A stretch of DNA of 64,000 nt from Trichoplax adhaerens (lineage: Eukaryota; Animalia; Placozoa). How positions within the stretch are numbered: the stretch's first letter is position 1; each line of letters begins with the position of its first letter. The notes under the pieces are model-generated. The model had not been told where the DNA came from and did not search any database. It saw only the letters and a list, made by a program, of their open reading frames with translations. The stretch lies in assembly GCF_000150275.1 (NCBI RefSeq), contig NW_002060948.1, positions 5,564,336 through 5,628,335 on the forward strand, in the 5' to 3' direction. Positions 49,960-64,000 of the stretch are shown in pieces. The translations under genes were made by a program, and so were the position numbers.

Positions 49960-51500
49960 TGGCTATATTCAGCTCGACAATCCTCTCTTAATCGATCTAG
50001 CGTGATTTTATCACTTCTGCAATCAAGTTAAGCATGTCGTCAAATAATGGAAAGTAAGTCTAGCGTAACTTCCTTGTACTGTTGCTATTTTATTGCCGAG
50101 AGAGAGAGAGACAAAAAAAAATACTCAGCTGATGCTTTACTCGTACAGTATTCGGAGATTCGCTTATCGCAGGATACATTTGACCTCGATAATCCTTAAC
50201 TTATCTAGCGTGATTTGATTACTTCTGTAATCAAGTTAAGCATGTTGTTGAATGATGAAGAGGAAGTCTAGTGTTGCTGTTTTATTGCTAAGTGAGAGAG
50301 ACACACACACACACAAAATACACAGCTGATGCTTACTCGTATAGTATTCGTAGATTCGCTTATCGGAGAGTACATTCAGCTCGACAATCCTTAATCGATC
50401 TAGCGTGATTTCATCGCTTCTACAATCAAGTTAAGCATGTCGTCAAATAATGGATAGTAAGTCTAGCCTTACTTCCTTGTACTGTTTGCTATTTTATTGC
50501 CAAGAGAGAGAGAGAAAAAAATACACAGCTAAGCTGATGCTTTACTCGTACAGTATTCGTTGATTCGCTTATTGGAGAGTACATTCAGCTCGACAATCCT
50601 TAATCGATCTAGCGTGATTTCATCGCTTCTACAATCAAGTTAAGCATGTCGTCAAATAATGGATAGTAAGTCTAGCCTTACTTCCTTGTACTGTTTGCTA
50701 TTTTATTGCCAAGAGAGAGAGAGAAAAAATACACAGCTAAGCTGATGCTTTACTCGTACAGTATTCGTTGATTCGCTTATTGGAGAGTACATTCAGCTCG
50801 ACAATCCTTAGCCTATCTAGCGTGATTTGATTACTTCTGTAATCAAGTTAAGCGTGTTGTTGAATGATAGAGAGGAAGTCTATTGTTGCTATTTTATTGC
50901 CAAGAGAGAGAGAGACCAAAAAAAAATACACAGCTGATCCCTACTCGTACAGTATTCGTAGATTCGCGTATACTGTTGCTATTTTATTACTAAGAAACAG
51001 AGAGAGGAAAAAAATACGCAGCGGATCCTGACAGTATACAGTAGAGATAGTCTTGGATATTGGAGATGAGGCGTGCTACGCCTATCTCGACCACATTGAG
51101 CTCGACAATCCTTAACCTATCTAGCATGATTTCATTCCGTCTATAATCAAGTTAAGCATGTTGTCAAATGATAGAAAGTAAGTCTAACGTTGCTTTCTTA
51201 TACTATTGCTATTTTATCGTTAAGAAAGAGAGAAAAATATACACAGCTGATCCTTGCACTCGTACAGTATAAACAGTACAGGGATGTTGTAGATAGGGTA
51301 TGACAGGTGTTGTATCTTGGCTATATTGAGCTCAACAATCCTCAACCGATCTAGCGTGATTTCACTACTTCTGTAATCAAGTTGCTGTAAGCATGTCGTC
51401 AAATAATTAATGGAAAGCCTAGCATTATACTATTGCTATTTTTCATTGCTAAGAGAGAGAGAGAGAAAAAAAAAAACACAGCTGATACTATTACTCGTAT
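49960..51500 (+). repeat. 7-copy tandem array of the PGD first exon and 5' splice-site unit
   Basis: Unit: AGCTCGACAATCCT..ATCTAGCGTGATTT..AATCAAGTTAAGC-ATG..-GTAAGTCTAG..TGCTATTTTATTGC-(GA)n-An-TACACAGCTGA..TACTCGTACAGTATTCG. Start-codon positions 50034, 50242, 50437, 50646, 50854 (GTG), 51158, 51393. Confidence 0.95.
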
Positions 51501-54500
51501 GGCTAGATGACATTGGATATTGTCGATGGGGTGTGGGCTACAAGATGAAGAGAGTGTGCTTTGTCATTGCAACAGCTGATCATCATCATGAGCCCACACA
51601 CTGTTCTAGGATCGAGAAAGGTTGTGTTCAAATGCATCATCATCATCATGAACAAGTGTTCTATACTGATGGCTAGATAAATGGGCATCATACACAACTT
51701 GATTAGTCTTAATCGGATAATCATCTAACGCTTGATAGCGCGATGATAATAGAAAACTGATCTTTTATGTAAATTCTATCTTTTTAGGGCAGATATTGCA
51801 CTCATTGGTCTGGCTGTTATGGTAAGTTTGCATACTAACATTCTAGAGTGGATCGCTACTCTTATTATCGCCATAGGGCTAGATAGCGGTAGACAGTCGA
51901 CATATAATACTGTAGGTGGTACAATTTAGCAGAAAATGACCAATTAAGTTATTAATCAAGAATGCTCCAACTTAATACTGTTGATAAATACATGATGATT
52001 TGGTGTACATGCAGGGCTGCTACTGCTTGTAACTATGAAAGCTTATACTTTGTCTTTCTTACAGCAATTTTTTTGTTCTCATACCTTGGCATACTTGCAT
52101 ATATTATGTACTGTACTACTTTATCGTTGTCAATCTTTGCCTCTTATACTCGTATGAGCAGATACAGTATTCTATCGAAAATTGAACTGTACCTTGATGG
52201 TAACGCAATGTACATTTATGGAGAGATTGTAGTGGTGATTAAAATGTTGAAGTGCAATTTTACTATAACACATAGAGTAGTAGTTGCCGCCATTGAATTA
52301 ATTACCAGTAGACTGCAACGTATCTATATCTGTGATGGAAGAATTGCAAGGTTGTAACCAACGTTGTCATTAAATGACATCGAAGGACGCCACGATTCTA
52401 CTTCAGAATTCGAAGTTTGAATCAAAATTTGGCTTTGATTACTAGAATACCCATATAAAACCCTTAAAAGAAATTATTAATTAATGTTACACGATATATT
52501 CTTGCCATAATTTATTGTTTAGGGCCAAAATATCATCTTGAATATGAACGATCACGGCTTTGTGGTAAGCTACTAACCTCTATGCTAAACCATGTAGCAA
52601 TCTACTGCTACTATGCGTATTAATGCAGCTAAATATCCTGTTGATATTAGATATGATAAATAAATGTATTTGTTGTATGGGTAGTCAATGCTGTGTCTAT
52701 TGTAATCTGCTCAAAAGTTTGAGCTCGTCTACTGCCATCAAAGTAAATGAGGAAAGAGCACTATATTGTAATTGTTGAGTCTTCATTGAATCTTATCAAT
52801 CAATTGCTGTTAAGTTTCTTACTTTTAGACCCTATACGTTAACATAGTTCTCGAATGTAGACAGAAGGATGTTTAGGCTTTTTGATTAAATTACGCAATG
52901 ATCTATACCACTAATTTCTATCCATTTCAAAATCTTGGCAGGTTTGCGCTTACAATAGAACAGTTCAAAAGGTCGAACACTTCTTACAAAATGAAGCAAA
53001 AGGTTATACCAATGACCAATTATTTGAGCAATTTTTTATTTAAAGTGCAAGTTAACTTTTAAAAGTGATGTTATTGTCGCCGAACTGAAGTTGCTGAATA
53101 GTATTCTTGCCGTGTTACATTCTCGATGTATCTGATTACATGCTTATTTAATGGACCTCTTTCTCTTGTTCAAGAATTGTATTTCAACGTTCTTGCTGTT
53201 TCATGTCGTGGACCTACAATTTATACTAAAAAATTCAATTGTCGTCTAATAAAGGTACTAATGTTGTTGGTGCTAAAAGCATTGAAGAAATGGTCTCTTT
53301 ATTAAAGAAGCCGCGCAAAGTGATGACGTTAGTTAAAGCTGGAAGAGCAGTGGATGCACTTATCGAACAATTGGTAATTTGATTTTGGAGAAATATTCAA
53401 ATTTCTGTTTTAGAACTTACTACTACAGTATCTACTATTATCAAACGACACAATTATAGAATTACATAAAAAATTGTGTTAGCAATGAGATCTTTATATC
53501 GAAAAGAGTTTATTATTTTGATATTAGAGAATTCTTTGATTACGAAGTCCAGTTATGATGATGTAATGATGAATGTTTTCTCTTCGTTGAATATTTGTTT
53601 TTCTTTCCTAATGAAATACTATGTATTTCATTAACGATTGTATGCTAAAATATAATAAATTAATATTAAATGCTCATTTGATTCTGTAAAAATTTAAAAC
53701 TAAGCTAGTAGTATTACTGATTACTATATAGAGGACTTAAATTCAATGCTACCGTTGATACGGTTTTTCTTATTTCTTAAGGTTCCTTTGTTAGAGGCTG
53801 GAGATATCATTATTGATGGTGGAAATTCACAATATACCGATACCCAGGTACCGTTGGATATGTAGTTAATCGTATCTTTCAAAATGTTTTATTAAATAGC
53901 GATTTAATAAACATATCTAATTATAATTAAATATCTATGGCAATGTCTTCTATCCTTTTTTCCGCTTTAGCGTCGATATAATGAACTAAAAACTAAGGGT
54001 ATTTACTACTTGGGCTGTGGTGTTTCTGGAGGAGAAGATGGAGCTCGGTATGGACCTTCTTTGATGCCCGGAGGTGCCGCAGAAGCTTGGTAAAAATAAC
54101 GCTAGAAAATTGATAGGAAGTTTCATTTGATATACCTTGTATATAATTCCTATGCTCTTAATGATTTACTAAATTGTTACATTGCATATTCGTCTAAGCC
54201 ATATTTAGCTCATTTATTACCGATTAATTGTTACGACCAATTGTCTAGGCCGTCACTTAAGCCAATCTTCCAGTCCATTGCAGCTAAAGTAGGAACTGAA
54301 CCCTGCTGTGATTGGGTAAGAAATGCATGATTAGAGAAATTTTTGAAGCAATGAACTTTTATTTTCAAATTGCTTGCGTAAACTAACATTGAAAGCTATA
54401 ACTAATACGTGCATATGCTTATCATATTTGTAAGAGTAATGGTTACGTTTGCATCTTAGGTTGGTAGCGATGGAGCGGGCCACTTTGTTAAGATGGTACA

Positions 54501-56282
54501 CAACGGCATTGAATATGGTGATATGCAGGTAATGATAAGAAATTGCTTTTAGACTGTTGGTCATATCAGCATTAATGAGCAATAATTAAAACTTTTAAAA
54601 TACTCGATTTATAGCTTATCTGCGAAGCTTACCATTTGATGAAAGATTCTCTTGGAATGAGTGATGACGAAATGAGTTCGGTATGATCTTAAATTGTTTA
54701 ATATTTAAATTTTATTATATAGCATATAATAACATTTAGGGCTCTTGGTGTTTTACAACGCAATTATTGTCTATATGTAGGTTCTGAAAGAGTGGAATAA
54801 AGGTGAACTCGATTCATTTTTAATTGAAATCTCTGGTGATATATTAGCCTATAAAGATAGTGATGGGCAACCATTATTAGAAAAGATAAGAGACGCTGCT
54901 GGTCAGGTAACCGAATGCATGTTATTAATTACAGTAGACAGTTTGAATGCATAGGAGAGCACACTTGCGGAATACAAATATCTTTTAGTCAGAGAAATAA
55001 ATTATTCGGTATTTATATTCAAATTAGAAAGGAACTGGCAAATGGACTGCTATTTCTGCTCTTGATTTCGGCATGCCTGTAACATTAATTGGTATGTAGA
55101 TCAAAAAATGACGTTCTGTGCAACTATTTTGATAACCTATTGCGTTTCTGCAGTCTTATTAAACGCCATTTTGTTAAATACAGGTGAAGCCGTGTTTGCT
55201 AGATGTTTATCGTCTTTGAAAGATGAGCGTGTTCGAGCTAGTAGCGTATTGAAAGGCCCTTCTAGTGCAAAGTATACTGGTGACAAGAAGGAATTTATCG
55301 AAAATATTCGAAAGGTTCAAAGTCTTCGATTGACATATTTATTTTGAATCAGTTAGTAAAATGGTTCTATTATGATAATTGTAGGCGTTATATGCTTCGA
55401 AAATTGTATCTTATGCGCAAGGCTTTATGCTATTGCGCGAGGCCGCAAAACAGTTTAACTGGACGTTAAATTATGGCTCGATTGCTTTGATGTGGCGAGG
55501 TGGATGTATTATTAGGAGGTTAGAAACTCAGTCAATTAATTTATTGCTTTATTATTACTAAATTACTCATTCTCCAAATTTTTCATTGATTCTCAGTGTG
55601 TTCTTGGGCAATATCAAATCCGCGTTTGATAAAAACCCTAATTTGGAAAGTTTATTATTAGATGATTTTTTCCATTCTGCAATTGATTCCTGCCAAGTAT
55701 GTACTGTATTGATATTATATTAGAAATTGGTATGCCTTGCCTAATGCTAACGTACGATTTAATCAATAGGAATCCTGGCGTAAAGTTGTGGCAAATGCTG
55801 TATTACTTGGAATACCTACTCCATCATTCAGTTGCGCTTTGGCCTTTTATGACGGCTATCGGTACTGTGATCGATTTATCTATTTTTATGCTGTATTTGC
55901 TGTATCATGGTTTAGTGGTGCTTTGTTTATGATCCAGTTCCATTTCCAATTACTTATAAAAGCCGTATTTATTTCAATTATAGCTCGTCCCGCCTACCTG
56001 CTAATTTAATCCAGGTAAGATCTATACGAATATTAAGTACTGTTAATTTATTATTAGCAATATACTGCATAGCACATCTTTAGTTACTAAAAGGGATATG
56101 TCCAGTGTCTCTTGATATTTTACTAATTCTAAGTATATGATTTGCTCTATCTCTTTTTTTAGGCACAACGTGATTACTTTGGAGCTCATACCTACGAGTT
56201 ACTTTCCAATCCCGGACAGTTTATCCATACTAATTGGACTGGTCATGGCGGATCGGTTTCTGCATCTACATACCAAGCTTAA
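50034..56282 (+). CDS. PGD: 6-phosphogluconate dehydrogenase, decarboxylating; multi-exon
   Basis: Exon 1 ATG TCG TCA AAT AAT GGA AA|GTAAGT (50034-50053) joins the AG at 51787 to give [18 protein letters not shown]|[14 protein letters not shown]|VCAYNRT. Further motifs: [100 protein letters not shown] (TAA 56280-56282). Confidence 0.97.
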
Positions 56283-58473
56283 TCTCTTAGTTCTAGCTAT
56301 CATTTATCTCCTTCAAGGTCATATGGATTTCATTTTTGTTGTAGTTTATGACCTTTCTTTAAAGGTGGCACTATGATTATTTCTGCAATACTTCTTTCTA
56401 TGATAATTTTACTGTTTGGCAATCCTGCGATTATGATCAGTCACCTTGTTACAGACAGTTGGTCAAGCGTATTGTTAAAGTAGTGATAACTACATGAAAT
56501 GCAATAAAATGATAACGTTACATGAATTAATTTTAAATCGCTTGTTTTTCTTATAATTTAACCCATACTTTCAAATGATAAATGGCAAGATTGTTATGCA
56601 TTTAAAAGTGTAGTGTAATAGTGACAGATGCTGATTCATTTTAGGAGACATCAACACTGTACAGTTAAGGATATGATCAAGACATTTATAACTCGATGTT
56701 AGTGTGACACGTATGCTCTAGAAGATGTATTTCTATAATGTTGGCAGTACAACAATCAGCCATGCGTACCATAATAATTATCAGTTAATCTTGCTTATTA
56801 AAAGAACCTTAGTTTATAGTTGATTTATGGTACTATTTTCATATTTTTATATTTTGTAAAATGAATTTGGCCCTAGCGAAAGCAGCAAAATGCTACCGGA
56901 CTTTGTCCTATTCTACTTTGACCTGATATTTGATCTTCAGCTAATGTTGCTACTGCCAAAATAGATGTACAGTAGTGATTGGTTAATCTATGATGTTGTA
57001 TAGGATAACGGTAAAGTATAAGTTTAAGTTGATGATAAATAGGATATTTTCCAGTACGAAGTAACTGAAAGTGGAAGATTAGTTTAACCTAAATAATGTG
57101 TCGGCATCACTACAATACAAGGTGCATGATTTTTTGATATATTTTTACATCGCTAGTCCACTATTGGTATTATGAATAGTCTAAACGAAGTCAAAGTCCC
57201 TTGCACTACAACAAGTCCGTTATCGACTATTTCAGTTTAAATTCGATATCATGTGTTTATTTCATAGTAGGGCGGTGACACATCTTAAAGAAGAGGTTTA
57301 ATCCAAACATATGCATTAATTATAATAATTACTAGTTAATTGATTTGCAAGCATGTGTGAGGATCACGTCAACGATTGGAAATCCTGTCGATCGGCCATG
57401 AGCGGGTGGCAGTCAATTGAATTGAAATGAATGCTGTAATCATGATCATTATACCTGATTCAAGAAGTCGCATGGGATATTATTTCCAGTAGAATGTTAT
57501 GAGCAATAACCATCAGTATCTTGATCGTTCTCTTTTTTGTATGATGAATTCTATCATCAATATCATGCTAGCCATGTGGCTGACGGCTAATAACGTTTCC
57601 ATCGTAAAGCAGCACGATAATATTTCCAAGCTGCCAAGTGACCCAATATAAGAGTAATAATTTCGCAAGATTGATATACTTTACTTCGGAATTATCCAAT
57701 TTCAGAGTTTTTACCTATAAAACTTCAACTTTATAGTCCATCCTACAACAATTGGACATTGCCCGAACCGATGGTCAAATCATGCATTCAAATTCATTCT
57801 ATTTATTTATTTCTATCATGATATACAGAGGAAGAAGACGAATTGAACGATAAAAGTTGAATTTGTAAAAGTAACTGCATCAAAATCCAATTTAAAATAT
57901 TTACTATAACATCCAATACGACTAGACTGTTATCCTACATTGGTTCTCCGTATGCCATTTTGAATGACAAAAAGTGCTAGTTCGAGCTAGAACTATTTTT
58001 AGTATGCAAACGATTCATCAATTTCATTCATTTTTGTCATGACTAAAATCTCCATTTTAATCGCTGTCATGCAGATCTTGAAGAAGAAAGTCATACTATT
58101 CGAAGAAGTACTTTCTACTGTATAGAATGATATCCATAACAGTAATCATTTCATAAGATTGGGACATTAATTTGGATATTATCCAACTCCAATGGATGCC
58201 CATGACCTAGCCATTGTCAGCAATGGACTACAGCTGCTTTACACGCTACTCCATAACCCTCTATGGGTAGGTGATGCACTACCCTATAGTGAACAGTAGT
58301 ATGCGCAGTATGGTCTCGGGCATACCATTGGATTCCCATACTCTACACGCTATAGTGACTACGTCGATCGCATAGTAATTCAAGTATAAATTCGTCCACT
58401 GCAAAGGTTCTTCTCATCATTTGTGGAGAAGACGATTTTGCCAATTTGGGCTTGCGATTGTGTCGACCAAACC

Positions 58474-60344
58474 ATGCCTAAATTAGATTTTGCTATAGTA
58501 TGCTCTAGTAATCAAAATCGAAGCATGGCTGCTCATAAGCTACTGAGGTAAATCAACCATCATGGGGATCTCTGATGGATGATAAACTACAATTATTATT
58601 CGTAATTGTCTTTCGTGTTAGTAATGGATTGATTTTTCATCGCCTTTTTGACGATACGAGTTATGATCACGATCTTGGTTGCCAAGCATAGCTATAGGAT
58701 AGCCTTTGAGACGGAAAATGGATTGTATTGGTAGAAAAAGCACAACATGATAACATTGGATAGTGATTGAGGATATACTGTAGACGCATGTCTTCGGCTC
58801 TGTAAATCCAATGTGTAGATGATAGAAAAAAGTAACAAGATTAGTACAGTAGTGAATGAGACTTGAGTCGGCTTACTTGACAACGAATTCATTTCTTCTA
58901 ACTGATCATCAATGGTAAAACACAGGATTATAAATCGAATACTGCCGTTTATTCTTGTCATATCTTCACTATACATTGTAGTGATAAAAGTACTTACTTG
59001 ATCATGAACCATCGTCATGTTTTTAACAAAGACGATCAATGATACAAACTGTTGAAATGATTAAACTTCAGTCAATTCTCACAGCTTAAACAAAAGTTGA
59101 TTAATTTACAACTATCGCACGTACAGTATTCCTTTGCACATATTACCATAACCATATTGATAGAGCCATAGTTAAAGGAGGTAAAGTCTTTATCCTGTTG
59201 ATTATGTTCGTAACAGAGAGCCTGCCATGTTACTCTAGCAAGAAATTAAACATATTTTGTCTGTTTCACTAACAATGCGGATATCAGATCCAGGCTGGAT
59301 GTGAAAGAGTTAAATCTCCAATCGAGCGATTGATTGCTATTAATACCTATTTTTATCATCTTGCTTTAGTAAGCGAGGCTTCAATGTTACTTCATTTGGT
59401 TCCGGTACTCATTGCAAATTACCTGGCCCAACTCCGGAAGAGCCTAATATTTACTCATTTGATTCCAGCTATGATGAAATGTATAACGATTTGACCAAGA
59501 AAGATAAAACATTGTATCCTGGTGTCACAATATCAACATTACAAATCTCCTCTGTAGGGGATATCGTCCATTCTTGTTGTTATCCATCAATTTTAATTCT
59601 ACATAGGATACGGAAATGATAGCGATAATCATACACAGTGATATCTTAGAAAGTTGTATTTTCTTTAATTTTAATGACTTATGATACGTTCAAGATATAC
59701 ACAAAATGGTATATTACACATGTTAGATAGAAATAGAAGGATTAAAACCAAGCCCGAAAGATTTCAAGATTGTACTGTTAAACACGATTGTGTTATTTCA
59801 TGCGATGAGCGTGTTTACGATCAAGTCATCGAAGGTGGGTTAAGATAGACGTACGAGTATATGTTATAATAAAAAAGTTGCGATAAATTCCCTTAGCGCT
59901 ACTTCTTGATCAATGCTTTCCAGAATGCAACGATTATACTGTACTGATTTTCTTTGCGATCTTTGCTAATAACAAATAGATTTTGAAAATCGTGGCAACG
60001 TTAATGGCACTCCCGTACACTTAATCAATCTGAATATAATGGATAATCAAGAAGAAGCCACCATTGGAGCTGTTTTAATTTGCGAACTTTGCCAACAGGT
60101 CTGTATGATAGCAGTCCTAAGTTGAGTACCTAGCTTAAAACTTAGTACAAGCCTGCACTCTTTCTATCATTCCATTGAATCGCTTAACCGTTACGTTCAT
60201 TTCTTTTATTAATATTATAAATGATTGACATCCTTGTTGAAGATTGAAGAATGTGAAGACTTAGATGACAATATCGAGAATATTATTAAAGAGTTTGAGG
60301 ATAAAAATAAGAGAACTTTATATTATCATGTAGCTTTCTATTGA
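58474..60344 (+). CDS. SSU72: RNA polymerase II CTD phosphatase Ssu72, 5 exons
   Basis: Exon 1 (58474-58547) MPKLDFAIVCSSNQNRSMAAHKLLS carries the CX5R catalytic motif. Exon 2 (59370-59513) KRGFNVTSFGSGTHCKLPGP; exon 3 from 59695 YTQNGILHMLDRNRRIKTKPERFQ..CDERVYDQVIE; then PVHLINLNIMDNQEEATIGA; ends YHVAFY* (TGA 60342-60344). Confidence 0.97.
59514..59694 (+). other. Probable U12-type (minor spliceosome) GT-AG intron in SSU72
   Basis: 5' splice site GTATCCTG; branch-like TTCTTTAAT at 59661-59669, ~25 nt before the AG; no long polypyrimidine tract. Confidence 0.7.
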
Positions 60345-61905
60345 TAAATTAAAAAGTTATTCCTCTTATAGTTGGTCTTTATTAATTACCGTTTCTATAT
60401 AGTACTTTTATCTGTAATGATATAGTGAAACTATTATACCAGTATTATTTATAACCTTCATAATGTTGTAAATTAGTATTATACTAGCAGTTGATTATTT
60501 ATCTATAAAATAGATCACCTTACCATTTTGCAGAATAAAACATTAAAACTGTAGCTAAGATTACTTACTTACATAGTAAAAAGTTACAATGTGCCGAAAT
60601 TGTAATATTGGTTGTAATCACGCTCAGAGGTGGTTCATGCCTCAAAATGGGGTTTGTACATTTTCGTGATTGTAAGCATTCTAATTCGAAATGATTTTGT
60701 CTTTACTGGAGATGTACATTGAACAGTACTAGGATACAGTAGCTCCTCCATACAGTAGAATGGGTATTTAGAATAGCTTTCATTAAAATTTCTTCCTGTC
60801 TGTATAATCATTTAATCAGCTGAGGTGCATAGGATAGGACTACAGTAGGACTTTGATGATGTATCCTAATCTGATTTCACGGTATGTTGTTATTAGTTGC
60901 TTTTAATATAATCGTGACAGCCATCGTATCAACTAATTATGTGTCAGAGTCTTATAATGGCTGGAGCAACGATATCATTGCTACGTATCGGAATCGTACC
61001 GTATTAGGCTTTTCCGCCTGCAGTGGATATTTTAGTAAGGTAGCTTATGCTTTCAACTTTTGATATAATCATGGTTATTATGGTATTACTTGTGGTTAAT
61101 AACATCATGCAGTATAATGCAACTCGAACCTTTATAAAATAAGATTTATATTAGTAGTTCGTCAGGGGATCGCATTTCAGCATCGGAGTTTTTCCGACAA
61201 AATAAGGCAGAATGCTTGTTCCATCTTACAACCGTAACACTAGGAGAAACACATCAACATCTTCAATAGTTCACCTTTTATTGATTATAAGTGCAGACAA
61301 CAGCTTCGTCTACATCAATCTGATCTTGGCTGTGTCCGCTGCTATCAATAGCACCGGCCGGTTTCATTGCTACAATTTCTGAAACTTACTGTATTTAAAG
61401 TGTATCACATAGCAACAATAACAAAATAATTTTTTACATGTCAATGCAAAACTCACTTCGTGACAACCATTTATATTAATACTTATTAATCTCCTTAAAA
61501 TCAGTACCAGAATCTTCATAATTTACAACGGTTTTACAATGTCCTTAAGAAACATGGGACGGAAATTAATACTCCTTTTCCAGTAACATTGAAAAAGAGT
61601 CTTTAATAAGTTAACATTTATTAATAGTAATTTGAATATTTGGCAACTCTATTATTCCTGATATCTCAATTTTCATTTGTAATATTTCAAAACAACAAAA
61701 TTCAATGCTATATTACAAAGATAAATAAATAGTTTAGCGTGTAGTGCTACAGTTATGTCACAGTACTGGCTACTAAGATAAATGTTGTATAACTTATGAA
61801 GGAAGAGAACAGTGCTTATTCGGTAATATCCGACTAACAGAGCAGACAAGCAATCTCCTCTAGTACTCTCTACCGAAGTCAAAAATTAAATTTTTTTGAT
61901 ACGTT

Positions 61906-64000
<2,095 letters not shown>

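Noticed and set aside
49960-51500. CRISPR-like or transposon interpretation of the PGD array
   Set aside because: The units are similar along their whole length, there are no unique spacers, cas genes or transposase, and the context is a eukaryotic gene.
56850-58400. Possible micro-exon gene between PGD and SSU72 (e.g. CEDHVNDWKSCRS, SILQQLDIARTD, EEDELNDK)
   Set aside because: No phase-consistent, stop-free model with good splice sites could be built on either strand.
58692-59039. 115-aa minus-strand ORF
   Set aside because: It is antisense within SSU72 intron 1 and has no recognisable motifs.

Overview
AT-rich, intron-dense animal genomic DNA, most likely a placozoan such as Trichoplax (inferred from the compact gene spacing, many ~100-nt introns and dense ACAGT/TACTG pentamer arrays; not verified). 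Spliced genes reconstructed by eye, in order: EMC1 (+, 5' end cut off), an intronless Sel1-repeat ORF (-), DDOST/OST48 (-), MRPL20 (+), a 7-exon gene largely missed by the ORF track whose C-terminal half looks like the eIF4E/Bles03(DUF1917) fold (-), FoxJ2/3 (+), a CCDC30-like coiled-coil gene (+), PGD (+), SSU72 (+) and the 3' end of a CHD3/4/5 (Mi-2) remodeller (-). The most unusual structure is at the PGD 5' end. Its start-codon micro-exon (ATG plus GTAAGT donor) is amplified into a 7-copy, ~200-300-bp tandem array: two copies are productive, two create a TAG on splicing and three have lost the donor. A perfect CNC/Maf (ARE) site and a TATA box lie upstream. Other points: palindromic TACTGTACAGTA arrays concentrated in two divergent promoter regions, a probable U12-type intron in SSU72, and shared linkage of the recognisable genes on human chromosome 1p.
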